From Candidatus Babeliales bacterium (GTDB lineage Bacteria > Babelota > Babeliae > Babelales > JANWKD01), in the NCBI GenBank assembly GCA_963701665.1, contig OY969622.1, forward strand, positions 448,001 to 512,000: a stretch of DNA of 64,000 nucleotides. Direction: 5' to 3'. Of the stretch, positions 41,793-51,106 are shown one piece after another. The position numbers were made by a program, and so were the translations under genes. Below the pieces are notes generated by a model. The model did not search any database. It saw nothing but the letters and a program-made list of their open reading frames with translations, and was not told the origin of the DNA. The first letter of the stretch is position 1. The number at the start of each line of letters is the position of its first letter.

Positions 41793-42944
41793 TGGATTGA
41801 TACGCGTGACAAACTCATAGTTGATGGTATTGCAAGCGAGCGCCAACTCATCGGCTGTTATACCTTGGCGAGCGCCTAACAGCATTACTTCATTCCCGAC
41901 ACTCGCATCAATTTCAGAAATATCAACCATCATTAAATTCATAGCAATTCTACCAACAATGCGCGCGGGCTGATCTTTTATGAACACAATTCCTTTATTT
42001 GAAAGTTCGCGGTCATAGCCATCCCAATAGCCAACAGGGAGTGTTGCAATACGCGTTGTTTTTTGCGCAAAAAAGGTACGATCATAGCCAATAGAAGTTC
42101 CTGCATGAATTTCTTGTACATGCAGTATGGTTGTTTTCCATGTTAACACTGGTTTTAACGAAAATGCAGGAAAATTCTGTTCAGTCATTTCTTTATTTTC
42201 TACAGATGGCCACAGGCCATAAATGCCGATGCCTGTACGTGCCATCGTAAAATGGCTGTGAAGGGATGCAGTAATTGCCGCTGAGCACGATGCATGTTGC
42301 AAAGGAATGTGAATGCCTTGCTTCTTTAATGTTGCTTGTACTTCATTGAAACGCTCGATTTGAAGATTCGTGAATGTTTGATCAGCTTTTTCCGATTCTG
42401 CAAAATGCGTAAATATTCCCTCAACTTTCACGTGTGAGAGATGTTGTACGTTTTGTATAAATGCAACCGCGTGCGCTTTAGGTATGCCTAAACGCGTGAG
42501 GCCCGTATCAATTTTTATATGTACCTTAACTTTTTTGTTGTGCTTGCGCGCGCATTCTTGTAATGCGAGTGCTTGCTGCCAAGAAAAAATGACAACGTCG
42601 ATAGCATAGAGGCACGCGTTTTCAAGCGCATCGTCCAAAATACTTAATACTAAAAGTGGTTTTGTGATGCCATGTTCGCGCAATGCGACAGCTTCCGACA
42701 AACTAACCGTACACAAATAATCAACGTGAGCATTATTTTGTGCTAACTGTGCAATTTGAAGCATGCCATGGCCGTACGCATTACTTTTTACGACGACAGC
42801 AAGCAAGGCAGGGTGCACCATTTCTTTATACTGCTGCACGTTATGATCGAATGCACGCGCATCAAGTTCAAGCCACGTGAGCGTTTGTTTTTCTGAGTGG
42901 GGAATTGTTATATGGTGTTGAGTTTTTTCAGTAACGGTGATCAT
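41763..42944 (-). CDS. alr: Alanine racemase
   Basis: AVVKSNAYGHG PLP motif, HIKIDTGLTRLG, GYWDG, GRIAMN, TINYE. Confidence 0.96.
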   Translation of the reverse strand: MITVTEKTQHHITIPHSEKQTLTWLELDARAFDHNVQQYKEMVHPALLAVVVKSNAYGHGMLQIAQLAQNNAHVDYLCTVSLSEAVALREHGITKPLLVLSILDDALENACLYAIDVVIFSWQQALALQECARKHNKKVKVHIKIDTGLTRLGIPKAHAVAFIQNVQHLSHVKVEGIFTHFAESEKADQTFTNLQIERFNEVQATLKKQGIHIPLQHASCSAAITASLHSHFTMARTGIGIYGLWPSVENKEMTEQNFPAFSLKPVLTWKTTILHVQEIHAGTSIGYDRTFFAQKTTRIATLPVGYWDGYDRELSNKGIVFIKDQPARIVGRIAMNLMMVDISEIDASVGNEVMLLGARQGITADELALACNTINYEFVTRINPLLPRIIREI

Positions 42945-43145
42945 GATGTCGATACATAGTTTAAAATAACAGTTTTATTTTACCGCCTTTCATGTAAGAA
43001 ACAAGTACATTAGGAAACAATAATAGTTTTTTTATAAACCCTTTCTTGATTTTCAATTTCAAAATGTACTAAAATTAAAAACAAAAATTTCCCCATAATT
43101 ATAAAATTAATTATTTTAGGGACCAAGGGCATTTTGAAAGCGGTT

Positions 43146-44537
43146 ATGAACAGAATAGATAGATGGTTGTTGAGTGTTATGTTTTTTTCAGTTGCTTTTA
43201 TGCATGCAATGGAAAAAAAGCAAAGCGTTTCCTTAGAAATCGATCCCGCATCAGCTACGCTCCCCGTTAAGAAAAAAAAAGTTCGTTCGTTGAAAAAAAT
43301 ATGTTGTGATGTTTTGATACAGAAAACGCCAGAAATTGCCAAGAGTGTTTTTGAGCAAAATGGTCTAGAAGGGCTGAAATATGCGCTCGCTTGCGAAGTT
43401 GCATGCGTTGGTTCTCATAACTTTATCTTATCAACTATGAATAGTGTGCCTGTTAATGCTATGCCTCATATGGTCTTGAATCTAGTAAGGGGAAAAAACA
43501 AGAATATGACCCAAGAAGAATCGCACGAGAGCCTGGAAGCATTGAACACTTGCTCAAAACAAGATTTTTATTCTCATCAGATCGTAGAAGAATTGAAAAG
43601 AATATATGATGCTTATAATAGTTCAGATACTCCTCCTAGTAAGTTAGATTTATTTTGTTTTTCACTAGGCTTTAATAGAAATTCTTGCGTTTTAAATAAA
43701 TTTTTGTTTAAAAAATCGTATTCAAAAAAATATTTTATTGAACAAACGATCAATATTCCTCATGATGAAAAATATTTTTTGCATTTGGTAAATAAATATA
43801 AAAATGAGGTACTATCCGAAAATTATTTCCATAAATTGGCCATATTTGCAAATGAGGCTGGGGCTACTATTGAAACGGAATCGGATAAACAAAAAGTTGC
43901 AGGTATATTGGCGGTGGGTTTGATGTATCGGCATTTATTAACACAGTTACATAAATTACTCTATCTAGGCTTTATGCCGTCGCCAGGATATAGCTTTACT
44001 TCACGTGTTTTTAATGGTATTGATGCTGCTAATGAAATATTCCATTATAAAGAGCATACCACGTGTATTGATTACGCCATCCATAATGTAAAAAAATGTT
44101 TTAATAAAAAATGTAGGAGTTTGAACTATGCACGATTTAAATTATCATGGGGTGGAAATGGATATCGTGCTGAAAATCTGGAGCATATGGAGCGTGTGAT
44201 GAGTTTTTATAGAAATTTCACAAAAGATACCGATTATTATGATTACCATGATAGGCATGAAAAAAATACTCCAAATTTTGCACTTGCTACTGTTTTGTTT
44301 AATTACGAAAAAAGTTTCTATATAAATATTTTGAAGCTTTTGCTTCCTTCGTGCAAAGAAGAATTCGCATCTAAAAAAACGCAATGCGCAAAAGCAATCG
44401 GCGTGCCTACAGAACGGCTTGAGGAATATATTTGCAAAAATAGTTTTTATGATGTTGCAATTCAAAAACAATGGACTGATCATGAAAACAGAAAAGGAGC
44501 GGCGGCTGATACTAGCAATAATTTCTTAATGAATTAA
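43146..44537 (+). CDS. Hypothetical secreted protein (paralog A) with BC-box-like motif
   Basis: Signal peptide HA|MEKK; RSLKKICCDVL; blocks shared with next ORF. Confidence 0.65.
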   Translation: MNRIDRWLLSVMFFSVAFMHAMEKKQSVSLEIDPASATLPVKKKKVRSLKKICCDVLIQKTPEIAKSVFEQNGLEGLKYALACEVACVGSHNFILSTMNSVPVNAMPHMVLNLVRGKNKNMTQEESHESLEALNTCSKQDFYSHQIVEELKRIYDAYNSSDTPPSKLDLFCFSLGFNRNSCVLNKFLFKKSYSKKYFIEQTINIPHDEKYFLHLVNKYKNEVLSENYFHKLAIFANEAGATIETESDKQKVAGILAVGLMYRHLLTQLHKLLYLGFMPSPGYSFTSRVFNGIDAANEIFHYKEHTTCIDYAIHNVKKCFNKKCRSLNYARFKLSWGGNGYRAENLEHMERVMSFYRNFTKDTDYYDYHDRHEKNTPNFALATVLFNYEKSFYINILKLLLPSCKEEFASKKTQCAKAIGVPTERLEEYICKNSFYDVAIQKQWTDHENRKGAAADTSNNFLMN

Positions 44538-44562
44538 TATTTCATGCTGTGTTACATCGACT

Positions 44563-45867
44563 ATGATAGAGGATCTTCTAATGATATGGTGTTGGCTTCT
44601 TTTTTCATGGTGTGCATCTGGACTTTTGGCCATGGAGAATAAAAAACCAGTCAAGAAGCTGACTACGTTAAAAAAAACTTGTATACGAAGTCTAGTTAAA
44701 GAGAATTCTTTTTTGGCAAAAGAAATATTAAGTTCAGGAAAACTTCCTGCTGAAGTTCGATTGCTTTTAGGATGTAAGATGCTCAAGAAAGGCTCTTTTG
44801 AAAATGCAACGGAAGTTATGTCATTATTTGATTCTTGCTTTTTTCCACATTTATTCCTGAACGTATTGACAATAGGCAACACTGCTCGTCGCCAAGAGAA
44901 AACTTTATGGTATGGGATAGAAATGAGAAATATAGCGCAAGAGCGCGGTGATCGTCATCTTAAACTATATTTGGATGATATGTTCAATTTTGCTCGTCGT
45001 ACAGAACATTTCATAAAAGCTGATCGTTCTATACCATCGATTATTATTCAGAGACAGTTATTATCGCGCGCGATTGTTGATATGGTCTCAATAGTTCCGG
45101 TTAGAATTTTATGTCAATATGAGACTCCTGATTTTTGGCTTGATGGTTATCTTGAACGGCCTATGAAATATGGCTATTTCAGCTCTTTCTTATCCACGTA
45201 TAACGATAAGCTACGAGAAGAGGAGGTTTGCTCATATGCAAAGCGCTATAACCTTCCATATACTTCAGAAAAAGACAAAAAACAGGTGAAGAAGCTGGTA
45301 GCGCTATCAAAAAGAAATAAAGAAATTTTAGTAGGACTACATAAATTTATAGTCCTTGGTTTTGAGCCCTTATATAATAAGTATCCTACGATTTGTAGTG
45401 TTATTCGTTATTCTCTCAATAGAATGAGAGAAACGCTTGGTCGAAATAATTGGAGTTTTGATTGCGGCTATGCGCAATTTAAATTAGAACTCGATAGAAA
45501 AGAATATGAAGTTGAAAATAGAAAATACAAAAATGAAATGTGGGCATTTTATGCGTTGCATCCGCAGAGAAATAATATATCTTACATACAACAATTCATA
45601 AGTAATGAGAGATACTGTTACCATGTTCCCTTATTTAATCAGATGTTGAATGAAAAAGAAGGCTTTTATCGCAGTATTTTGAAATTGCTATGTATGTACA
45701 GAAAAGATGAATTTAATAGTTGGAAAAGAAATATTGCTGAGACATTGCAGATGCAAGAAGATGAAGTTGAACAAACCTTATTAAATGATACCTATTATAA
45801 TAAAAGTACAGTCTTACATACTTTGTGGACAAAACGCGTGAACACTTTACGTATGCCTGGTGATTAG
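44563..45867 (+). CDS. Hypothetical secreted protein (paralog B) with BC-box-like motif
   Basis: LLA|MENKK; TTLKKTCIRSL; shares LHK..LGF.P, YA.FKL, FY..ILKLL with previous ORF. Confidence 0.65.
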   Translation: MIEDLLMIWCWLLFSWCASGLLAMENKKPVKKLTTLKKTCIRSLVKENSFLAKEILSSGKLPAEVRLLLGCKMLKKGSFENATEVMSLFDSCFFPHLFLNVLTIGNTARRQEKTLWYGIEMRNIAQERGDRHLKLYLDDMFNFARRTEHFIKADRSIPSIIIQRQLLSRAIVDMVSIVPVRILCQYETPDFWLDGYLERPMKYGYFSSFLSTYNDKLREEEVCSYAKRYNLPYTSEKDKKQVKKLVALSKRNKEILVGLHKFIVLGFEPLYNKYPTICSVIRYSLNRMRETLGRNNWSFDCGYAQFKLELDRKEYEVENRKYKNEMWAFYALHPQRNNISYIQQFISNERYCYHVPLFNQMLNEKEGFYRSILKLLCMYRKDEFNSWKRNIAETLQMQEDEVEQTLLNDTYYNKSTVLHTLWTKRVNTLRMPGD

Positions 45868-45907
45868 CATACCATGGTAGAAAATTAAATTGTTAAGGAG
45901 ATTAGGT

Positions 45908-46213
45908 ATGAAATATATTTGTTATACGATTATTTTTCTTATAAGTTCTTCATGTTTTGCGTTAGATCTTATCGATGCTGCACGTGATGCTGTTGAGGGT
46001 GCTGTGCAAACAACAGAGGATGCGTTATACGCGCCCAGTAATCCAGTAGAAGGTGCAGCTAATGTAACGAATGATGCATTAGAAACGACGGGCAATGTTG
46101 TGGAAGATCTTGTGGTGCCAAGAAACCGCAGAGGGGTTATTTCATATGAAGAAATGAATGAGCAAGAACTACCCTACATGCCTGAATATGATGAAGCGTA
46201 TATGCCAGAGTAA
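45908..46213 (+). CDS. Small acidic secreted hypothetical protein
   Basis: Signal peptide MKYICY..CFA; internal VEGA..T.DAL repeat. Confidence 0.6.
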   Translation: MKYICYTIIFLISSSCFALDLIDAARDAVEGAVQTTEDALYAPSNPVEGAANVTNDALETTGNVVEDLVVPRNRRGVISYEEMNEQELPYMPEYDEAYMPE

Positions 46214-46216
46214 ACA

Positions 46217-46384
46217 CGTCATCCCGAGGAACGAAGTGACGTGGGGATCCAGAATTTTAGTAAATTCCTTTAAAGGATTGATTTTACTATCTGGGTTCTA
46301 CTTCGTTAAAACTTCGTAGAACAGGTTGCCAACTCCTTCGAAGCTCGTAGAGCGAAGTAGGTTTGTAATGACAATTTTGTTTTG
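46217..46384 (-). repeat. GTCAT...ATGAC repeat, copy 4 (inverted, with two nested CTTCG hairpins)
   Basis: GTGGGGATCCAGAATTTTAGTAAATTCCTT identical to copy 3; extra segments at 46295-46325 and 46332-46361. Confidence 0.85.
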
Positions 46385-46786
46385 TTAACCCATAAATGCT
46401 GAACATGCCTGTGCACATTTATTGCATGCTTCAATGCAGGCTAAACAATTATCAACACACTGTGAATCGCCCGCTCTGCATTTTTCGACACAACGTTTGC
46501 ACGCATCAATACAATCCTGACATTTTTTGATACACCAATCAGCCTGTTTTTTGCACTGTTCTTCATGACATGTTGCTAAATGTTTGCGTGTGTGTTTAAT
46601 GGCTTCTTGACATGCTTGTATGCACGCGCTGCATTCTTTTATACAGATGCCAATGTGTTCTGCGCACGCGACTTGATCCATTGCGCTGCACATATCAATA
46701 ACTTGTTGGCATGCGTCAATGCATTTTTCGCAACACTCAATACATGAATTACTTGCTGCTTTATGTTCAGAAGAAATATGTTCCAT
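46385..46786 (-). CDS. Cys-rich four-helix-bundle copper-binding protein (Csp/DUF326-like)
   Basis: Repeated C..C...C...C helices (CIECCEKCIDAC, CIEACNKCAQAC). Confidence 0.75.
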   Translation of the reverse strand: MEHISSEHKAASNSCIECCEKCIDACQQVIDMCSAMDQVACAEHIGICIKECSACIQACQEAIKHTRKHLATCHEEQCKKQADWCIKKCQDCIDACKRCVEKCRAGDSQCVDNCLACIEACNKCAQACSAFMG

Positions 46787-46854
46787 TTAAACCCCTTTTT
46801 ATAAACTTAGTTTTTGATAGCGTATCATACTCCATTTTATTACTTCAAGTATGC

Positions 46855-47529
46855 TTATAATGCGCATACTTCGCACTGTTTCTTGAGTAATTCAAGTGCT
46901 TGATTAACGTCATCCACTACGGCGATTAAACTAAAATCTTCTTTTGTTACAATATCATTTTTCAAAAGCGTGTTTTTAACCCAATCAAGAAATGGTTGCC
47001 AGTACATGCTGCCGAATAAAATTATTGGTACGCCCCTCAGGATGTTTATTTGTGCTAATGTTAGCACTTCACCCAGCTCATCGATTGTGCCAAATCCACC
47101 AGGAAAAACAACAAATGCGTTAGAATAATTTACCATGAGCCATTTGCGCACGAAAAAAGTATCAACGATTAATTTTTCTTGTGCACATGAATTGAGCGGT
47201 TGTACTTGTTCAAGCATTTTTACACTAATGCCAATAGATTGAGCTTGTGAATGACTTGTTTTTATCGCATGGGAAGCACCGCAATTTGCGGCTTCCATGA
47301 TGCCAGGGCCGCCACCGGTAATGACTGATATGTTGTGTTCAATTAATAATGCAGCTAAATCATGCGCTTGCGTTTGATAGGGGCTTCTGTGCCAGCGTGA
47401 ACCACCAAAAATCGTTACCACCGGACCTTTTAACATTCTTTTAATACGCCAGATGCCATGCATAAGTTGGTACGCAGCAACTATTACTGCTTTAAAATTT
47501 TCATAATAAAATTTGAATATCTTATTCAT
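46855..47529 (-). CDS. LOG family protein (TIGR00730 Rossmann fold)
   Basis: VTIFGGSR, ITGGGPGIMEAAN, FFVRK, PGGFGTIDE. Confidence 0.92.
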   Translation of the reverse strand: MNKIFKFYYENFKAVIVAAYQLMHGIWRIKRMLKGPVVTIFGGSRWHRSPYQTQAHDLAALLIEHNISVITGGGPGIMEAANCGASHAIKTSHSQAQSIGISVKMLEQVQPLNSCAQEKLIVDTFFVRKWLMVNYSNAFVVFPGGFGTIDELGEVLTLAQINILRGVPIILFGSMYWQPFLDWVKNTLLKNDIVTKEDFSLIAVVDDVNQALELLKKQCEVCAL

Positions 47530-47631
47530 GCATTTTCTCCTTGTTCATCACTGGTAGTTTATTCTGTGGAGATTACAAAAATAAAGAAAATTGTTTTAAG
47601 ACATATTTTTTATTTTTTGTAACTTTACGCT

Positions 47632-48636
47632 ATGCTTAATAAAAAAAGTTTTGCATTTGGAAAATCTATGAGTTATTGGCAAGAAAACATACAAATCGGA
47701 AATCAATCATACCCGCGTTTTATTGGTGGGCCATTAGATGGCATCACCGATTCACCATTTCGAAAGCTCGTGCGCCACTTTTCGCAAAAAGAACTATTGT
47801 TTACGGAAATGCGCCATGTCGCGTGCGTTGCGCATGATAAATCAGGATTGCGCGCGCTTCATTTTTTTCAAAACGAGCGTCCCTTAAATTTTCAAATCGC
47901 AGCCTCAACTGAAAAAGATATTGAAAACGCGTGCGCAAAAATTATGGAAAAAGGTGTTGATCTTGTTGATCTGAATGTCGGGTGTCCTGCAAAAAATGTT
48001 ATTAAATCCGGTTCTGGTTCAGCACTTATGGCGGATCTCCCTCGTTTAAAACAAGTGCTCACGCGCATGAAAGAAACGTTGCGCGTGCCATTTACCGTAA
48101 AAATCCGCGCGGGTTTCAAACAAAAAAACGCGTGCGATGTTGCCAAACTCATCGAAGATTGCGGTGCTGCAGCATTAACGATTCATCCCCGATTGCGTGA
48201 TGAAATGTTTGCCGGTCGTCCTGATTATGCACTCGCTGCCGCAGTCAAAAAATCAATTTCTATTCCAGTAATTTTATCAGGAAATGTGATTAACTGGGCA
48301 ACCGCAAAAATGGCCTATGAACAAACGGGCGTTGATGGCTTTTTAATTGGCCGTGGTTTGTGGAGCAAACCATGGAAATTGCATGAACTTTCGCTCCATT
48401 CTCAAGGATTACCATTTCAGGTCGATTCTAGTACAATATTTTCGTATGCGCGACAACATCTTGAACTGCTTGAAACATATTATGGATCTCATGGTTTATA
48501 TTGTTTTCGAAAACATTTACCTTTCTACTTGCGCGGTGTGCCAGATGCTACTACAATTCGCAATAATTTAGTAATGTCTGATTCATCGGCATATGTTAAG
48601 GAACAGTTGGAGGCTCTCGGTGCTCAACGTTTTTAA
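47632..48636 (+). CDS. tRNA-dihydrouridine synthase (DusB-like)
   Basis: GITDSPFR, DLNVGCP, GSALM, TVKIRAG, IHPR, IGRG, RKH. Confidence 0.9.
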   Translation: MLNKKSFAFGKSMSYWQENIQIGNQSYPRFIGGPLDGITDSPFRKLVRHFSQKELLFTEMRHVACVAHDKSGLRALHFFQNERPLNFQIAASTEKDIENACAKIMEKGVDLVDLNVGCPAKNVIKSGSGSALMADLPRLKQVLTRMKETLRVPFTVKIRAGFKQKNACDVAKLIEDCGAAALTIHPRLRDEMFAGRPDYALAAAVKKSISIPVILSGNVINWATAKMAYEQTGVDGFLIGRGLWSKPWKLHELSLHSQGLPFQVDSSTIFSYARQHLELLETYYGSHGLYCFRKHLPFYLRGVPDATTIRNNLVMSDSSAYVKEQLEALGAQRF

Positions 48637-49444
48637 AGGTAGCTTAACCTCTGGTGTACGCATTCTCATAGTGTGTGCGCTCTTTTTCTTCATGGCACAT
48701 CGACTTTTCTTTTTTAAACCAGGCATTTTAGAAACAGTTTCATCGCTCGTTGTATATCCATTTGTGCGGCTTCAACAACGTATTACCGATCCCATTGCGC
48801 GTTTCATTGAAAATCGGCAAACACGTGCAACGCTAGAAAAAACTATTAAGACGCTGCAGCAAGAAAAAAAGAAACTTCTAGCCGATGTTGTTGCACTGCA
48901 CTCGGCATTGTGGTACGAAAAGAAAACGCGCGCTGTACATACTTTTCTCGAGCGTTATAAGCTTGAACATTGCCCGTGCGTTCAGATTATTATGAAGCAA
49001 AGTAGCCCTTATGAACACTCGTTTTTAATTGATTACGGCTCCATGCATGGCGCAGAAGTTGATATGGTCGCTGTGTACAACAACTGCATTATCGGCAGAG
49101 TTGCTCATGTTTATCCTTATTACAGCAAAGTGATCAGCTGCGCAGATCCCTTATGCAAAATTCCGGTGCAATGCAATAAATCTCGTGCAAAAGGAATTTA
49201 TGAAGGCACCGCATACGAATATGCAGGTGCGTTGCGCTTTGTGAGTCATTTAGAAAACTTAGTTAACGATGAACTAGTCATCTCAAGTGGCGAGGGCGTT
49301 ATTTTCCCAGAAGGACTTGCCGTGGGAAATATAGCATGGTTCGAGCGTGAAGGATTGCAGTATAACGTGGGCGTTAAGCCGCTCGTTTCACTCAACGAGC
49401 TTGAATATTGTTATCTGGTAAAAAAAGGCGTTCAACGCAACTAG
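48593..49444 (+). CDS. mreC: Rod shape-determining protein MreC
   Basis: N-terminal TM plus coiled coil, IDYGS..G, IIGRV, ISSGEGVIFPEGLAVG. Confidence 0.85.
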   Translation: MLRNSWRLSVLNVFKGSLTSGVRILIVCALFFFMAHRLFFFKPGILETVSSLVVYPFVRLQQRITDPIARFIENRQTRATLEKTIKTLQQEKKKLLADVVALHSALWYEKKTRAVHTFLERYKLEHCPCVQIIMKQSSPYEHSFLIDYGSMHGAEVDMVAVYNNCIIGRVAHVYPYYSKVISCADPLCKIPVQCNKSRAKGIYEGTAYEYAGALRFVSHLENLVNDELVISSGEGVIFPEGLAVGNIAWFEREGLQYNVGVKPLVSLNELEYCYLVKKGVQRN

Positions 49445-50361
49445 CTAAAGATCCCTTTTTGTGCGGCACGTGCTTCAAGTATGGTAACCACTTTGTTCAC
49501 GATCACATCAAGCCACGTTGCTTCATCAACATCGGAAAGATAATCGGGCGGTGTTAAAAAGCTTAAAAACCCTCGCTTTTTTTCTGGTTGCACCCATTCA
49601 ATCTCACCCTCGATCATAGCAAGCTCTTTTATTTTATTAACCACATCAGTTGGTGAGCCGATACGATCAATCAATCCGAGGGTTAATGCTTGGCGACCCG
49701 TGTAAACTTTTCCATTGCCCCATTTTTTTACCTGAGCTAAGTCGAGTGCAGGACGGCATTTTACCACATGTTCATTAAAATTTTGGCAAGAATCATCAAC
49801 GATCGTTTGTAAATACGCATTTTGTTCGGGTGTTGTGTTAACAAATGGATCAGTGACAACTTTATAATCACCCGCTTTAATCATGTTATAATGAATATTA
49901 TGTGATTCTAAAAAGTCTTTGAGCTTGAATTGATTAGGCAAATAGGTACCAATACCGCCGATGATGGTTGAAGGTGCGGCGAAAATAAAGGTCGGCGCAG
50001 CAATATAATAGGCGGCAGATGCGCAAATATCGCACGTGCGTGTGACAATTGGTTTTGGATTTTCAAGATGCAAGAGTTCGATTTCACGTGCAATCATTTC
50101 AGCAGCACCCGCTGAACCGCCGGGTGAATCAATCACGAGCAAGATTGCTTTTATTGAACTATCTTCAAAATGTTTTTTTAATGCAGAACAATAATAGGAA
50201 GCATCGGTGATGGTTCCTTTAATGGCGAGCGTACCAACTTTTGTTTTTGGCTCCAAATAATCACTGTACTGTTTTTTAATACTTTTGATCATGAATGGGG
50301 CAAATTGGAGTAATAAAAGTATGAAAAATATATTGCGAAGATAATCAGAAAAAGCTGCCAT
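49441..50361 (-). CDS. sppA: Signal peptide peptidase SppA (S49)
   Basis: IDSPGGS, CASAAYYIA, KAGDYK, GKVYTGRQA..GLID. Confidence 0.92.
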   Translation of the reverse strand: MAAFSDYLRNIFFILLLLQFAPFMIKSIKKQYSDYLEPKTKVGTLAIKGTITDASYYCSALKKHFEDSSIKAILLVIDSPGGSAGAAEMIAREIELLHLENPKPIVTRTCDICASAAYYIAAPTFIFAAPSTIIGGIGTYLPNQFKLKDFLESHNIHYNMIKAGDYKVVTDPFVNTTPEQNAYLQTIVDDSCQNFNEHVVKCRPALDLAQVKKWGNGKVYTGRQALTLGLIDRIGSPTDVVNKIKELAMIEGEIEWVQPEKKRGFLSFLTPPDYLSDVDEATWLDVIVNKVVTILEARAAQKGIFS

Positions 50362-50460
50362 GCAGGTCCTTTGCGAAGATAAATGCTTTTATAATTTTGA
50401 TGATCCTTCTAACCATAGCGCAATTGGCGCATTTTTATAACTATTTTTTTTAAAGTGATT

Positions 50461-50489
50461 TTGACTTTTACGAGCTTTTTCTTTAAAAT
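50461..50489 (+). promoter_or_regulatory. Putative sigma70 promoter of the tRNA cluster
   Basis: TTGACT-17nt-TAAAAT, 20 nt before tRNA-Val. Confidence 0.65.
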
Positions 50490-50509
50490 CTCTTGTGTCC
50501 CAGTTTAAA

Positions 50510-50585
50510 GGGCGGTTAGCTCAGTTGGTAGAGCATCAGTCTTACAAACTGGGGGTCACTGGTTCGAGCCCAGTACCGCCCACCA
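50510..50585 (+). tRNA. tRNA-Val (TAC)
   Basis: GGGCGGT acceptor stem, anticodon loop CTTACAA, encoded CCA. Confidence 0.95.
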
Positions 50586-50637
50586 GTCTTCGTTTATCCG
50601 GGCCTTCAGGCTCGGCAAACTACGCCTGGCTGCGCCA
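50586..50637 (+). repeat. tRNA-linked CTTCG hairpin element, copy a
   Basis: 52 nt GTCTTCGTTTATCCGGGCCTTCAGGCTCGGCAAACTACGCCTGGCTGCGCCA; one mismatch to 51029-51080. Confidence 0.9.
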
Positions 50638-50735
50638 TTTTCTTTAAATGAAAGTATGTATTAGAATTAGTACAACAAGGCCATGGGCAAGATCATATAA
50701 CTGGGTCATCAGTTATAAAGTAATTTGAAATTGAT

Positions 50736-50811
50736 TCCTCGGTAGCTCAGTTGGTAGAGCACACGACTGTTAATCGTTAGGTCGCTGGTTCGAGTCCAGC
50801 CCGAGGAGCCA
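50736..50811 (+). tRNA. tRNA-Asn (GTT)
   Basis: TCCTCGG acceptor stem, anticodon loop CTGTTAA, encoded CCA. Confidence 0.95.
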
Positions 50812-50895
50812 GTCTTCGTTTATCCGGGTCTTCAGGACTCGGCAAACTACGTCCTGACCGGCGTAGCTGAAAGCGAAGAGGGTCTGGCTTCGCCA
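50812..50895 (+). repeat. tRNA-linked CTTCG hairpin element, copy b, with nested inverted element
   Basis: Same ends as copies a and c, plus a 28-nt insert at 50854-50881 flanked by duplicated GTC. Confidence 0.88.
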
Positions 50896-50951
50896 TCTTC
50901 TTTAAGGATCAACTTATAAGAATTTGGTTTTTTCTTTTCTCCACTCTTGTT

Positions 50952-51028
50952 GGAGCTGTAGCTCAGCTGGTTAGAGCGTCCGCCTGTCACGCGGAAGGTC
51001 GTGGGTTCGAGTCCCATCAGCTCCGCCA
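50952..51028 (+). tRNA. tRNA-Asp (GTC)
   Basis: GGAGCTG acceptor stem, anticodon loop CTGTCAC, encoded CCA. Confidence 0.95.
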
Positions 51029-51080
51029 GTCTTCGTTTATCCGGGCCTTCAGGCTCGGCAAACTACGCCTGGCTTCGCCA
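51029..51080 (+). repeat. tRNA-linked CTTCG hairpin element, copy c
   Basis: 52 nt directly after CCA, ends CTTCGCCA. Confidence 0.9.
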
Positions 51081-51106
51081 TTTAGGTGAACAAAATTTGA
51101 TACAAA

